Below, piece by piece: positions 36,701-47,000 of a stretch of 54,939 nucleotides of DNA. The stretch covers positions 1 to 54,939 of the IMG/VR virus record IMGVR_UViG_3300045457_000127, one strand, 5' to 3'. Every line of letters begins with the position of its first letter. The first letter of the stretch is position 1. This stretch comes from a virus. Its lineage: Duplodnaviria > Caudoviricetes. The notes under the pieces are model-generated. The model did not search any database and was not told the DNA's origin. It saw only the letters and a list, made by a program, of their open reading frames with translations. The translations under genes and the position numbers were made by a program.

Positions 36701-39374
36701 CGTTAATACACAGACTATGTTGGTTGGTGATAATATCATCACACTAAACAATGACATTCCTATTACAGTAGCACCCACAGAAGATGCTGGTATTGAAGTT
36801 AAAAGAGGTAATGCTTCAAACGTATCTTTGATTTGGAATGAAACTGTTGATAGATGGAGATTTACTAATGATGGTACCAATTTCAATAATTTAATTACTC
36901 AAACTGAATTGGATGCTAAGGTTGCGTCGGTAACCGGTACAGCAGGAAGAATATCTTCCACAGGAGGTACCACTCCTGTAGTTGACTTAATTACCACAGG
37001 TGTTACAGCATCAATATACGGCGGTGCCAATCAGATTCCTGTTATAACAGTAGATACATTTGGTAGATTAACATCGGTTGCGAATGTGACTGTTCAAGGT
37101 ATGGACTATCCATATGTTAACGTATCCACAGCAGCAGCCAATAATTATGCCGGTGCGATGGCCAATTCTGCAAATGCTTATGCTTTGACTATTGATACTA
37201 CATCCAACACCGCTGCTTACGGTAATATCAGAGTTTCCACTACTGCGGCCAATACATACACCGATGTTGCTAATGCTGCCATTCAAGGTAACATTAGAGT
37301 TTCCACTACAGCAGCTAATACATATGCTTTGACTATTGATACTGCATCCAACACTGCGGCATATGCTAACATACAAGCAACTGGTTTGGCCGCTAATGCT
37401 TATGCTTTGAGTATTGTTACCGCAGCCAATACTGCCGCTTATGGAAATATATTAGCATCTACCGTTGCTTCCAATGCTTATGCACTGAGCATTGTTACCG
37501 CATCCAATACTGCTGCTTACGGTAACATTAGAGTTTCTACCACGGCCGCTAATGCTTATACCGATGCAGCCAATGCTGCCATCCAAGGTAACATTAGAGT
37601 TTCTACCACAGCAGCAAATGCTTATACAGATGTGGCCAATACTGCTGCCTATGGTAATATCAGGGTGTCTACCACGGCAGCTAATACATATACTGACGTA
37701 GTATTGGCTGCTGCTAACACAGCAATACAAGGTAACATTAGAGTTTCTACCACGGCTGCTAATACTTATACTGATGTTGCTAACACAGCAATTCAAGGTA
37801 ACATTAGAGTATCTACCACGGCTGCTAATACATATGCTCTAACTATTGATACTGCATCCAACACTGCTGCTTATGCCAATATTCAAGCAACTGGTTTGGC
37901 TGCTAATGCCTATGCATTAAGTATTGATACTGCATCCAATACCGCTGCTTACGGTAACATTAGAGTTTCCACTACAGCAGCCAATACATATGCTTTGACT
38001 ATTGATACTGCATCCAACACTGCTGCTTATGCAAATATACTGGTATCTACGGTTGCTTCCAATGCCTATGCTCTCAGCATTGTTACCGCAGCCAATACTG
38101 CTGCTTATGCAAATATATTGGCATCTACCATTGCTGCTAATAATTATGCAGGATTCATGGCAAATGCTTCTAATGTTAGAGCAGATTCCAAGGTTGCATC
38201 CGTAACTGGTACATCGGGAAGAATAAGTTCATCCGGTGGTCTTAATCCATCTATAGACTTAATCACAGCAGGTGCCGGCGCAGCTACCTATTCATCTGGT
38301 ATTTCTGCTATTACAGTCGATGCTTATGGTCGTGTCACATCTGTAACTGGATCAGCAGGATATCAACCTGGTACTGTTACATCTGTCGCCAACGGTGCAG
38401 GTCTTACTGGCGGAACAATTACTACAACTGGTACATTTGCTGTTCAGGCCAACTCCGGTATTGTTGCCAATACGAATGGTGTCTTCCTTGCTACAGGTGG
38501 CGCTGGCGCAGCGACATACGGATCAACCGGTGTAGCATCTCTAACACTTGATGCATTTGGTAGAGTTTCTAGTGTTGCAACGCCTGCGGCCGCTTACTTG
38601 AATACTGCATCATATGTCGCATTCTCAGCATTTACAGGTGCGGTTACAGGTACGCAATTTACAGATGTAAATAATACTGCATATTATGTAGATCCATCTT
38701 CTACATCAGTGGTAGTGAGAATTAATTCTAATTATCTATATTCATTCAATGGTAATGATACAGCAGCAGAATTTTCAGGTGCCAGCACCGGAAAGTTTGG
38801 TGCGGTTCAACAACTTAGAACTGATACCAATGGTTCAGGAACACAAAATGGTCCTAGACAATGGTATCAGAAGCAAGGTGCAAAGTCATGGTCTATTGGT
38901 GTCGAGTCTTCAACAAATAATGGATGGGGTATTTGGGAAGACGGTACAGACGCTGCTACAGGAACACTAAGATTCCTCGTAGCCGTAGGTGGTGCTATCA
39001 CTGCATATGGTAACTTCAATGTAAATTCCAGTCTGACTGCCGGTTCAGCATCTCAGGTAATAAATGGATTCTCGGTGTCATCATATAATATTGGTACAGT
39101 TTCTTCAGGAACAACCACACCAAGTCCTTTCTTGGGTAACTATCAATACTATACCAATGGTGGAGCACATACACTTGCAGCACCTACTCAAAACTGTGCC
39201 ATAGATATACTTGTTATAAATTCGGCTACAGCAGGTGCTATTACTTTCAGTGGATTTACTGTTCAGACAGGCGGTACTGGTGATGTGTATGCCACAACCA
39301 ATGGTAATAGATACTTACTGATGATTAGAAGAATCAATTCAATTTCAACTTATATTTGGAAGGCTCTACAGTAA
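33702..39374 (+). CDS. Long tail fibre-like protein with a 22/26-aa coiled-coil repeat stalk (1890 aa)
   Basis: N-terminal NTFEQWR..TN attachment motif, roughly 40 repeats of NTAAYGNIRVSTxAANxY(TDV/ALxID), and VDxYGRVTS fibre motifs near the C-terminus. Confidence 0.8.
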   Translation: MAIANVTLNNTFEQWRGVTNQLVVAVNEFESNANLMRFTSNTSSLNISSNVSRGAMVYITPNLSDDISNNGLTIIPSMSVLNATMNLVVANFNVANAAYNNANVGLFSANNYSGFMANSGNAWANSVGISGNAYANFVGVAGNAYALTIDTASNTAAYGNIRVSTTSANDYALSIDTASNTAAYGNIRVSTVASNTYTDVVLDAANAAIQGNIRVSTVASNTYTDVVLDAANAAIQGNIRVSTVASNTYTDVANAAIQGNIRVSTTAANTYALSIDTASNTAAYGNIRVSTVAANAYTDVANTAAYANIRVSTVASNTYTDVVLAAANAAIQGNIRVSTTAANVYTDVANTAAYGNIRVSTVASNTYTDVANAAIQGNIRVSTVASNTYTDVANAAIQGNIRVSTVASNTYTDVVLTAANTAIQGNIRVSTVASNTYTDVANAAIQGNIRVSTVASNTYALSIDTASNTAAYGNIRVSTVASNTYTDTANVAIQGNIRVSTTAANTYTDVANAAIQGNIRVSTVASNTYTDVANAAIQGNIRVSTVASNTYTDVVLTAANTAIQGNIRVSTVASNAYALSIDTASNTAAYGNILVSTIAANNYAGLMANAANQRASTAQTKADDAYNLAVTLSGDTGDIAALNQVVFNTANAAYNNANVGLVSANNYAGAMANSANAYALTIDTASNTAAYGNIRVSTTAANAYTDVANTAAYGNIRVSTTAANTYALTIDTASNTAAYANILASTIAANAYALSIDTASNTAAYANIRTSTTAANTYALTIDTASNTAAYANIQATGAAANAYALTIDTSSNTAAYANIRVSTTAANAYTDVANTAAYGNIRVSTVAANAYTDVANTAAYGNIRVSTTAANAYTDVANTAAYANIRVSTTAANVYTDVANTAAYGNIRVSTTAANTYALTIDTASNVAAYGNILLSTTSANNYAGAMANSGNAYANVVGISGNNWVLATFVRLSSATQQSISSDIAISGNLTVTGNTTYVNTQTMLVGDNIITLNNDIPITVAPTEDAGIEVKRGNASNVSLIWNETVDRWRFTNDGTNFNNLITQTELDAKVASVTGTAGRISSTGGTTPVVDLITTGVTASIYGGANQIPVITVDTFGRLTSVANVTVQGMDYPYVNVSTAAANNYAGAMANSANAYALTIDTTSNTAAYGNIRVSTTAANTYTDVANAAIQGNIRVSTTAANTYALTIDTASNTAAYANIQATGLAANAYALSIVTAANTAAYGNILASTVASNAYALSIVTASNTAAYGNIRVSTTAANAYTDAANAAIQGNIRVSTTAANAYTDVANTAAYGNIRVSTTAANTYTDVVLAAANTAIQGNIRVSTTAANTYTDVANTAIQGNIRVSTTAANTYALTIDTASNTAAYANIQATGLAANAYALSIDTASNTAAYGNIRVSTTAANTYALTIDTASNTAAYANILVSTVASNAYALSIVTAANTAAYANILASTIAANNYAGFMANASNVRADSKVASVTGTSGRISSSGGLNPSIDLITAGAGAATYSSGISAITVDAYGRVTSVTGSAGYQPGTVTSVANGAGLTGGTITTTGTFAVQANSGIVANTNGVFLATGGAGAATYGSTGVASLTLDAFGRVSSVATPAAAYLNTASYVAFSAFTGAVTGTQFTDVNNTAYYVDPSSTSVVVRINSNYLYSFNGNDTAAEFSGASTGKFGAVQQLRTDTNGSGTQNGPRQWYQKQGAKSWSIGVESSTNNGWGIWEDGTDAATGTLRFLVAVGGAITAYGNFNVNSSLTAGSASQVINGFSVSSYNIGTVSSGTTTPSPFLGNYQYYTNGGAHTLAAPTQNCAIDILVINSATAGAITFSGFTVQTGGTGDVYATTNGNRYLLMIRRINSISTYIWKALQ
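34130..38150 (+). repeat. Three blocks of tandem 66/78-nt coding repeats
   Basis: Blocks at ~34130-35520, ~35720-36540 and ~37170-38150, with recurring GGTAACATTAG(A/G)GT and GGTAATATCAGGGT. Confidence 0.92.
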
Positions 39375-40714
39375 TGTTAATACTACATGATAGTGCGATA
39401 TCAAGATCAAAATTACTAGCACCTGTTCCTAAAAAAGAATGGATGTCACCATCTTTATCATCTCCTAGAGATCAGTTTGGTAATGAAACTGTAAAATATA
39501 TGTTTGCTGTCAGTGCAAAATCAAATGATGGTGCTGTTATTTGGAAAGGATGGTTTGATGATCGTGAAGATTTTGACGCTTTTTTATGGGCATTGGTTAA
39601 CAAAACCTTAAAATATGAAAAAGCGTTATGGGACTTACCAACACCAAATTGGCAACCTTATCTAGGTGAACTTATAACATATGAGTTTGCCACATTTTCA
39701 TTTTTAACTACTGCTGGAACTACACAAACATTTAACGTGCCTACAGATTTTAATTCTTTAAACAACATAATTCATTGTGTCGGTGCTGGTGGATGGGGTT
39801 CAAAATCACAATACATATCAAATTATTATCATACTGGCGGAGGTGGTGGTGGTGGAGCATATGCCAGAAAAAATAATGTAAGTTTGACAAAAGGTGGTAC
39901 TTGTCAATATTTTGTGGCGGCTTCTTCAATAACTGCTATAAGTTCTAATACATGGTTTAATGGTGTAACAGGAACTAATTGTGCTGTTGCTGATAGTGGA
40001 GATGGTGCCTTAACACCTTATGAAAGGACTGGTACTGCAAGTACCACTACGGTATATCAAAATTCAGGTGGTTTAACTGCAAGTAGTATTGGTGATGTTA
40101 CATATGCAGGTGGCTCTGGAGGAACCACCTTTGCTACTTATCTTACTAACGCATATGCATATTATGGCGGCGGTGGTGGTGGAGGAGGAGCAGGATATTA
40201 TGGTGCAGGCGGCGCCGGAGGAACTCGTAATGGAGGAACTTATGAAGGCGGCGGCGGGGGCGGCGCAGATGGTGGCAGTGCTGGACAAAATGCATCGTCT
40301 GGTCCTTTTCCGGCTGGTGGAAATAACAGATTAGGTTCGGGAGGTGGTGTAGGTGACTCTGGAACCAATGGAGGAGGTGGTGGTGGTGGTTATTATCAAG
40401 TGGCGACGAGCTTCAATGGTGGGATGGAAACAACCGCATCTTATTTTAATTCATCATACGGAATAGGTGGAGGAGGAGGAGGTGGAGGAGCTAATTATAA
40501 TGGTTCCTCTCCAACTAATAGATTTTATTTTGGTGTTGTTGGTGGAACAGGAGCAGCATATGGAGGCGCCGGCGGAGGCGCATCTATAGGAAGTAATTCA
40601 AATGCTTTAACAGCATATCCTGCCAATAGATCAACCGGTGGCCAAGGATTAGCTGTAGTAGAATATACTCCAGCAATACCTGGTGGTTTTAATTCTCCAA
40701 TGCTAGGAATGTAA
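39374..40714 (+). CDS. Glycine-rich tail fibre tip or receptor-binding-type protein
   Basis: VGAGG.G, GGGGGGAY, many Gly tracts and G.QGL.VVEY. The TAATG overlap gives an ATG at 39374. Confidence 0.7.
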   Translation: MLILHDSAISRSKLLAPVPKKEWMSPSLSSPRDQFGNETVKYMFAVSAKSNDGAVIWKGWFDDREDFDAFLWALVNKTLKYEKALWDLPTPNWQPYLGELITYEFATFSFLTTAGTTQTFNVPTDFNSLNNIIHCVGAGGWGSKSQYISNYYHTGGGGGGGAYARKNNVSLTKGGTCQYFVAASSITAISSNTWFNGVTGTNCAVADSGDGALTPYERTGTASTTTVYQNSGGLTASSIGDVTYAGGSGGTTFATYLTNAYAYYGGGGGGGGAGYYGAGGAGGTRNGGTYEGGGGGGADGGSAGQNASSGPFPAGGNNRLGSGGGVGDSGTNGGGGGGGYYQVATSFNGGMETTASYFNSSYGIGGGGGGGGANYNGSSPTNRFYFGVVGGTGAAYGGAGGGASIGSNSNALTAYPANRSTGGQGLAVVEYTPAIPGGFNSPMLGM

Positions 40715-40724
40715 GGAAAGAGAA

Positions 40725-41237
40725 ATGCAAAATACAGGATTTTCATTAATAGATTCAGATAATAATATAGTAGAAAGTTGGTATGAAAATAATGGATTCA
40801 GAACCGCACCAGAGGTAATTCATATACCTAATTCTGATTTGGTAGTTCATGCACCTCAGTTATATACAGATTATAATGGATATAAACTAGTTAAGAGATA
40901 CCTTGTCAATGAAAAACCATCAGAATGGCATAGACACGTATCATCAACAATTACCTCCGAAGGTCAAGATGTTGTGGAAACATACGTATATCCTGAAGAA
41001 CCAAATGTAGTTCCTCAATCTGTAAGTCCTATTCAGTTTCGAAAGGCCTTGAATCAACTAAATATTAGAAATGAAGTTGATAACTATGTCGGTACACTTG
41101 ATCAAGACTCCAAGGATGCCTGGGAATATGCCATATCGTTTGATAGAGGCAATCCTATAATTTTAGAGGCAACTGTTGCCTTAAACAAGACAACAAAAGA
41201 AGTTGATGACCTATTCAGACTAGCATCAACACTATAA
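40725..41237 (+). CDS. Probable tail fibre assembly or accessory protein
   Basis: VPQSVSP.QFR.AL...WEYA..F.R..P..VDDLFRLA pattern, directly after a fibre gene. Confidence 0.6.
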   Translation: MQNTGFSLIDSDNNIVESWYENNGFRTAPEVIHIPNSDLVVHAPQLYTDYNGYKLVKRYLVNEKPSEWHRHVSSTITSEGQDVVETYVYPEEPNVVPQSVSPIQFRKALNQLNIRNEVDNYVGTLDQDSKDAWEYAISFDRGNPIILEATVALNKTTKEVDDLFRLASTL

Positions 41238-41247
41238 AGGAAAATTT

Positions 41248-41589
41248 ATGGCCGAGTATGTAGAATTTAACGTCGATCAAGGAACAGATTTTAGCACATA
41301 TATCAACCTTAATGATGATGATACAAACTTGGCACAAAACGTTTTAGGTTATGTTATTACTGGACAGTTAAGACGTTCTCTTGTATCATCTAACGTTTCT
41401 GAAAATTTATACTGTGCTGTCACTGACGGCGCCAATGGTGAAATCCTTATTTCACTATCAGCAGCTAATACAGCAAACCTTAAGCCAGGAAACTATTTTT
41501 ATGATATAAAAGTTGTTGATGTGTCTCAAGGCATTACGTCTAGATTAATTGAAGGTATTTTTATAGTTAACCCATCAATAACGAAATAG
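41248..41589 (+). CDS. Small virion structural protein (BppU N-terminal-like)
   Basis: DQG.DF, G.I.ISL.A..TA.L..G.Y.YD..V...RL.EG...V.P..TK. Confidence 0.65.
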   Translation: MAEYVEFNVDQGTDFSTYINLNDDDTNLAQNVLGYVITGQLRRSLVSSNVSENLYCAVTDGANGEILISLSAANTANLKPGNYFYDIKVVDVSQGITSRLIEGIFIVNPSITK

Positions 41590-41591
41590 AC

Positions 41592-41834
41592 ATGGCAACA
41601 AGAATCACAATAAAACCTAGAAAACAGAACATTAACGTCACATCTGCTTCTAAAAATCGGGTACAGATAAATAATGGTGGATTAGGCGGTGTTGCCTCAG
41701 GTATAGATACTATTATGGAATTAAAAGATGTTGATGCGTCCGACGTTGATAATAATGAAACATTAGTTTATGATGAGGGAAGTGGAAAGTTTATAGTTAG
41801 AGAAATACCCATCATAAACGGAGGAACTTTCTAA
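41592..41834 (+). CDS. Small virion protein
   Basis: L.DVD......LVYD..S.KF and a terminal GGTF motif shared with the next gene. Confidence 0.7.
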   Translation: MATRITIKPRKQNINVTSASKNRVQINNGGLGGVASGIDTIMELKDVDASDVDNNETLVYDEGSGKFIVREIPIINGGTF

Positions 41835-41835
41835 G

Positions 41836-42873
41836 ATGGCTAATACAAAGATTCAAATTAAGCGTTCAACGGTAACCGCTACACCAACTACACTGGATAT
41901 CGGTGAACTAGCGTATTCCTACGCTTCGAATACTCTCTATATTGGTAATACAACAGGAACAGGTGTATTAGCAATTGGTGGAACAGGTCTCACTTCCGGT
42001 GGTGCGTCTACCGAATATGTTCAACAAGTAGGTGCAGCGGCTAATGCCTATGCAAACTTAGTAGGAACTTCCGTAAATGCTTATGCAAATTTAGTAGGTA
42101 CATCATCAAACGCATACGCATCTTCCGTTGGTGTAGCTGCCAATCTTTATGCCTCTGCTGTAGGAACATCAGCTAATGCCTATGCGTCTTCTGTAGGAGT
42201 TTCGGCAAACGTATATGCAGACTCAGTAGGCGTATCTAGTAACAACTGGGCAACATCAACTTTTGTTAAGTTATCTTCAGCCACCACACAAACTGTAACC
42301 AGTGATATAGCAATTGCTGGTAATCTAACAATTTCTGGTACACAAACTTACGCCAATTCTCAAACGCTGCTTATTGGTGATAATCTAATCACTCTTAATG
42401 CTGATATTCCTAACAATGTGGCACCTGTTGAAAACTCTGGTATTGAGATTAACCGTGGCAATAAAAATTCTAATGCTGCCCTTACCTTTATTGAGTCTGT
42501 AGGTAGATGGGCATTTAGCAGCAATACTTTAAATGCTTACACAACTTACATTGCTTCTAATACAGATATTGAATCTATAGGCACATCATCAAATGCATAT
42601 GCATCTTCTGTAGGAGTAGCAGCGAATGCTTATGCTGAATTGGTTGGTGCTGCTGCTAATACAAATGCAGCCAACGGTTCTTACATTAGCACAGGTGTTG
42701 TTAAGGTTCCATTCGGTGGTACAGGACTAACAACATTTACACAGAATGGTATCCTATTCGGTAACACCGTTGGTGACCTAAAAGTAACTGCGGCCGGCAC
42801 AGAAGGTCAAGTCCTACAAGCGTCAGCAACTGGAGTTCCTTCATTTGGTATGTTGGATGGGGGATCGTTCTAA
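41836..42873 (+). CDS. Short tail fibre-like protein
   Basis: IQIKRS....P..L..GELAYS N-terminus, 11-residue ANAYA repeats, the shared joint module, GGTG and terminal DGGSF. Confidence 0.75.
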   Translation: MANTKIQIKRSTVTATPTTLDIGELAYSYASNTLYIGNTTGTGVLAIGGTGLTSGGASTEYVQQVGAAANAYANLVGTSVNAYANLVGTSSNAYASSVGVAANLYASAVGTSANAYASSVGVSANVYADSVGVSSNNWATSTFVKLSSATTQTVTSDIAIAGNLTISGTQTYANSQTLLIGDNLITLNADIPNNVAPVENSGIEINRGNKNSNAALTFIESVGRWAFSSNTLNAYTTYIASNTDIESIGTSSNAYASSVGVAANAYAELVGAAANTNAANGSYISTGVVKVPFGGTGLTTFTQNGILFGNTVGDLKVTAAGTEGQVLQASATGVPSFGMLDGGSF

Positions 42874-42894
42874 CTTTAAATTGGAGAATTGATT

Positions 42895-43437
42895 ATGAGT
42901 AGTTCAACTGAATATATTAATGCTTACCTTGAAAATTCTATAAGCACTTTACATGACTACCTTAATCAAATTCTTCAATTGAAAACTCAATTAAAGTTAG
43001 TGACAGATAGTATATCATCAAAAGATGCTGTATTAGATGAATTATCTAAAGAATTGGAAAGAGTCAAGGATGAACTTGATTCTAATAAAAAGTCACAAGA
43101 AAAAGACAACGAAGCTATCAATACAGCAAAATTAAATGCTGAAAGACTACAAAATGAAAACGATAGTATAAAACATAGATTAGGTGAGTTTGATGCACTA
43201 GTAAAACAATTTGCCGATCTTAAGAACGAATACAAGAATAAGAACAACCAATATGAAAAGTTGTCATCCGAACTAGAAAATGTTAAAACACTGTTGGTGG
43301 AGAAAGACAGAGAGTTAAAAGAACTTGAAAAATTGGTTCCTAAAAAGTCTATATCTTCCGCTAAAAAATCTCTAAATACTAAGAATACGACAATGCAAGA
43401 TGTGGCGAAACCAATTGATGAGAATGACGACTTTTAA
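42895..43437 (+). CDS. Charged coiled-coil hypothetical protein
   Basis: Heptad-rich K/E sequence; GGAG RBS before the ATG at 42895. Confidence 0.75.
   Translation: MSSSTEYINAYLENSISTLHDYLNQILQLKTQLKLVTDSISSKDAVLDELSKELERVKDELDSNKKSQEKDNEAINTAKLNAERLQNENDSIKHRLGEFDALVKQFADLKNEYKNKNNQYEKLSSELENVKTLLVEKDRELKELEKLVPKKSISSAKKSLNTKNTTMQDVAKPIDENDDF
43371..43378 (+). promoter_or_regulatory. Possible late promoter (TCTAAATA) inside the upstream ORF
   Basis: Motif ~60 bp before the next structural gene. Confidence 0.45.
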
Positions 43438-44018
43438 TGCCAAACACAGTAATTCAATTAAAGAAATCTGCCACACCTTCATCCGTTCCTTCGGCTCTCG
43501 CCAATGGTGAGTTAGCACTTAACTTTGCTGACGGCATACTATACTACAAATCATCTAATGGTTCTATTGCTTCTATTTCTGGGTCCGGCGGACTAAGTTA
43601 CGGAATCATCAATGCTAATGGAACTATCCTTGTTGCTGGATCCACAGGTGATACATTTTCTATTCTACCAGGCAATTTCATAACTGTTACAGGTGATTCT
43701 ATCAATGATAGGATAACCATTGACGCTAATCTAAAAGTTCTATATGATACATCAAACGCAGCGTTTGATAAAGCAAATTCTATAAGTTTTTCTGCTAGTG
43801 GTAACACTTTTACATCAATATCTGTACCTGGACAAGATATCATTTCTGCTGCCGCTAATGATACCTTAAATATATTTCCTGGAGAAAATATAAATATAAC
43901 AACGAACAGTGCCACAAAAACTGTTACGATAAGCGCACAAAACATAGGTGCTAATGTTGATTACGGATGGATTAACATAGCGTTCCTGACAACTACACAA
44001 AATTACGGGAGCATTTAA
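43437..44018 (+). CDS. Tail fibre-related structural protein
   Basis: IQLKKS....P..LA.GELALN..DG.LYYK N-terminus and two DT..I.PG..I.(V/I)T repeats. Confidence 0.7.
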   Translation: MPNTVIQLKKSATPSSVPSALANGELALNFADGILYYKSSNGSIASISGSGGLSYGIINANGTILVAGSTGDTFSILPGNFITVTGDSINDRITIDANLKVLYDTSNAAFDKANSISFSASGNTFTSISVPGQDIISAAANDTLNIFPGENINITTNSATKTVTISAQNIGANVDYGWINIAFLTTTQNYGSI

Positions 44019-44020
44019 TA

Positions 44021-47000
44021 ATGTCGGTTCAGGTACAGTTTAGAAGAGGTAATACTGCACAACACTCGACCTTTACCGGTGCTCCAGGTGAAATCACTGT
44101 TGATACAGATAAAAATGTTATTGTTGTTCATGATGGAGTAAAAGCAAGCGGTTATCCTCTCGCTCCTAATATTTCATTCGATGTAGCTAATGCTGCCTTC
44201 GACATTTCAAATACTTTATCAGGTAATCTTGTAAACGTTTCAGTATCTTCAAATAATTATGCCGGTTTTATGGCCAATAGTGCTAATGGTTTTGCATCTA
44301 CTATTGTTAACGCCAATTTGGTAACTGCTAGAGCGTATACCAACACATCAACCGAAGCAGCCAATAACTATGCCGGTGTTATGGCTAATGGTGCCGGTGT
44401 AATATCTAATGCTGCATTCAATGCTGCAAATCAGGCTGGCGTTATTGCTAATGCCGCTTTTGCTTCATCTAACTCTGAATACTCATTCTCAAATCTTGTA
44501 TATGATGCCGTAAATTCTGTGTTTAGTGTGGCGAATGCTGCCTATGGTAATGCTAACTCCGTGTCAGTATCAGCAAATAACTATGCCGGAGTAATGGCCA
44601 ATGCTGCTAACGGATATGCCGAGACAATAGTTGCCGCCAACCTTATTACTGCTAGAGCATATACCAATACATCAACCACCGCCGCTAATAACTATGCGGG
44701 TGTTATGGCCAATAGTGCCAATGCTTATGCCGCATCATTAACACCTGATTTATCACCAGCATTTAATAAGGCTAATTCTGCATATACAGTTGCTAATGCT
44801 GCTTTTGATAAGGCCAATACGGTAGCATCGGACCTTTCTAATACAGCAGTATCAGCAAACAATTATGCTAGTTCACAGGCTGGTCAAGCAGGCGTTATTG
44901 CTAACTCTGCTTTTGCTGCTGCTAACCAGGCTGGTGTAGTTGCCAACAATGCCAACACATATGCCGATTCAACTTTCGTAAAGAAAGCCGGTGATACTAT
45001 CACTGGTGACCTTACCATTCAAGGTAATCTTACAACATCTGGAGTTGTTACATACACCAATACACAGTCATTGTTGATTGGTGACTCACTTATTACATTG
45101 AATAATGATATACCTGTCGGTGTGGCACCATCTGAAGATGCAGGAATAGAAATAAAAAGAGGATCTTCTAGCAATGTTTCGTTGCTATGGAACGAAGGTA
45201 CCGATAAGTGGACATTCACTAATGATGGAACTAACTATCGTCTGATTGCTTCCAATACGGATGTTGAGTCTGCTAATAATTATGCCGGTGCAATGGCGAA
45301 TGCTGCTAACTCTATAGCATCTGCTACCTATGCCACAATTACCACAGTTGCTACAAATGCCACAAGTGCTAATAATTATGCAGGTGCTATGGCTAACTCT
45401 GCTAATGGTTACGCTGAGACTATCGTTGCATCAAATCTAATTACAGCAAGAGCATACACCAATACATCAACCGAAGCAGCCAATAACTATGCCGGTGTGA
45501 TGGCCAACAGTGCTAATGCTATTGCTTCCGCAACATATGCAACTCAAACATCATTATCAACAGGTCTGACCAGTGCTAATAATTATGCTGGTGTTATGGC
45601 CAATGGAGCAGGCCTGCTATCTAATGCTGCATTTGCTGCGGCTAATCAGGCAGGTGTTATTGCCAATGCAGCATTTACGGTTGCTAATGCTGCTTACGGA
45701 AATGCTAACTCCATATCTGTTTCTGCTAATAATTATGCTGGTACAATGGCTAATGCCTCTAATGGCTATTCAGAGTCTATAGTTGCATCTAATCTAGTAA
45801 CAGCAAGAGCATACACCAATACATCGACTGAAGCAGCCAATAACTATGCTGGAGTTATGGCCAATAGTGCTAATGGTTTTGCTTCCGCTACCTATGCCAC
45901 GATTACCACAGTTGCTACGAACGCTACTAGTGCTAATAATTATGCAGGCGTAATGGCCAATAGTGCAAACGGTTATACCGAAACAATTGTTGCTGCTAAT
46001 CTCGTAACCGCTAGAGCATATACTAATACATCTACAACAGCGGCCAACAATTATGCTGGTGTCATGGCCAATAGTGCCAATGCATATGCAGCATCGTTGA
46101 CACCTGACTTATCACCAGCATTTAATAAGGCTAACTCCGCTTACACCGTTGCTAATGCTTCTTTTGATAAGGCAAATACAACAGCATCTGATTTGTCCAA
46201 TACAGCAATAGCAGCAAATAACTATGCTGGCGTCATGGCGAACTCTGCTAATGGTTTTGCACAGACGATTGTTGATGCTAACCTTATTACAGCAAGAGCA
46301 TATACCAACACATCAACTGAAGCAGCAAATAACTATTCAGGTGTTATGGCCAACTCCGCAAATGGTTATGCGGATTCTCTTCTGATAACTGGTAGAGCAT
46401 ATACCAACACATCTACCACCGCTGCCAACAATTATGCCGGTGTAATGGCAAATAGTTCCAATGGATTTACTGGAACTGTATATACAGCGGTCAATAGTGC
46501 TTTTAGTGTAATCAACGCCGCATTTGGTGTTGCAAATGGTGCTTATACATCAACTAACGGTACCGCCGCTTTTGCTGCTGCCAATCAGGCTGGTGTAGTT
46601 GCCAACAATGCCAACACATATGCTGATTCTACTTATGTAAAGAAAGTAGGAGATACAATCACAGGCGACTTGGTTGTTCAAGGTAATCTCACAACATCTG
46701 GTGTGGTAACTTACGCCAATACACAAACACTGTTGATTGGTGACTCTCTAATTACACTAAACAATGATATACCTATCGGTGTTGCCCCATCGGAAGATGC
46801 TGGCATTGAAGTAAAACGTGGATCTTCTGCTAATGTCGCTCTATTATGGAACGAAGGTTCCGATAGATGGACCTTCACTAATGATGGTACAATCTATAGA
46901 TCAATTGCTTCTAATACAGATGTAGAATCCGCAAACAATTATGCTGGTTCTATGGCTAATAGTGCTAATGCATTTGCATCCACTATTGTTGACGCTAATT

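Noticed and set aside
34130-38150. CRISPR-like array or satellite
   Set aside because: The units are multiples of 3 with synonymous variation inside one open frame, and there are no unique spacers.
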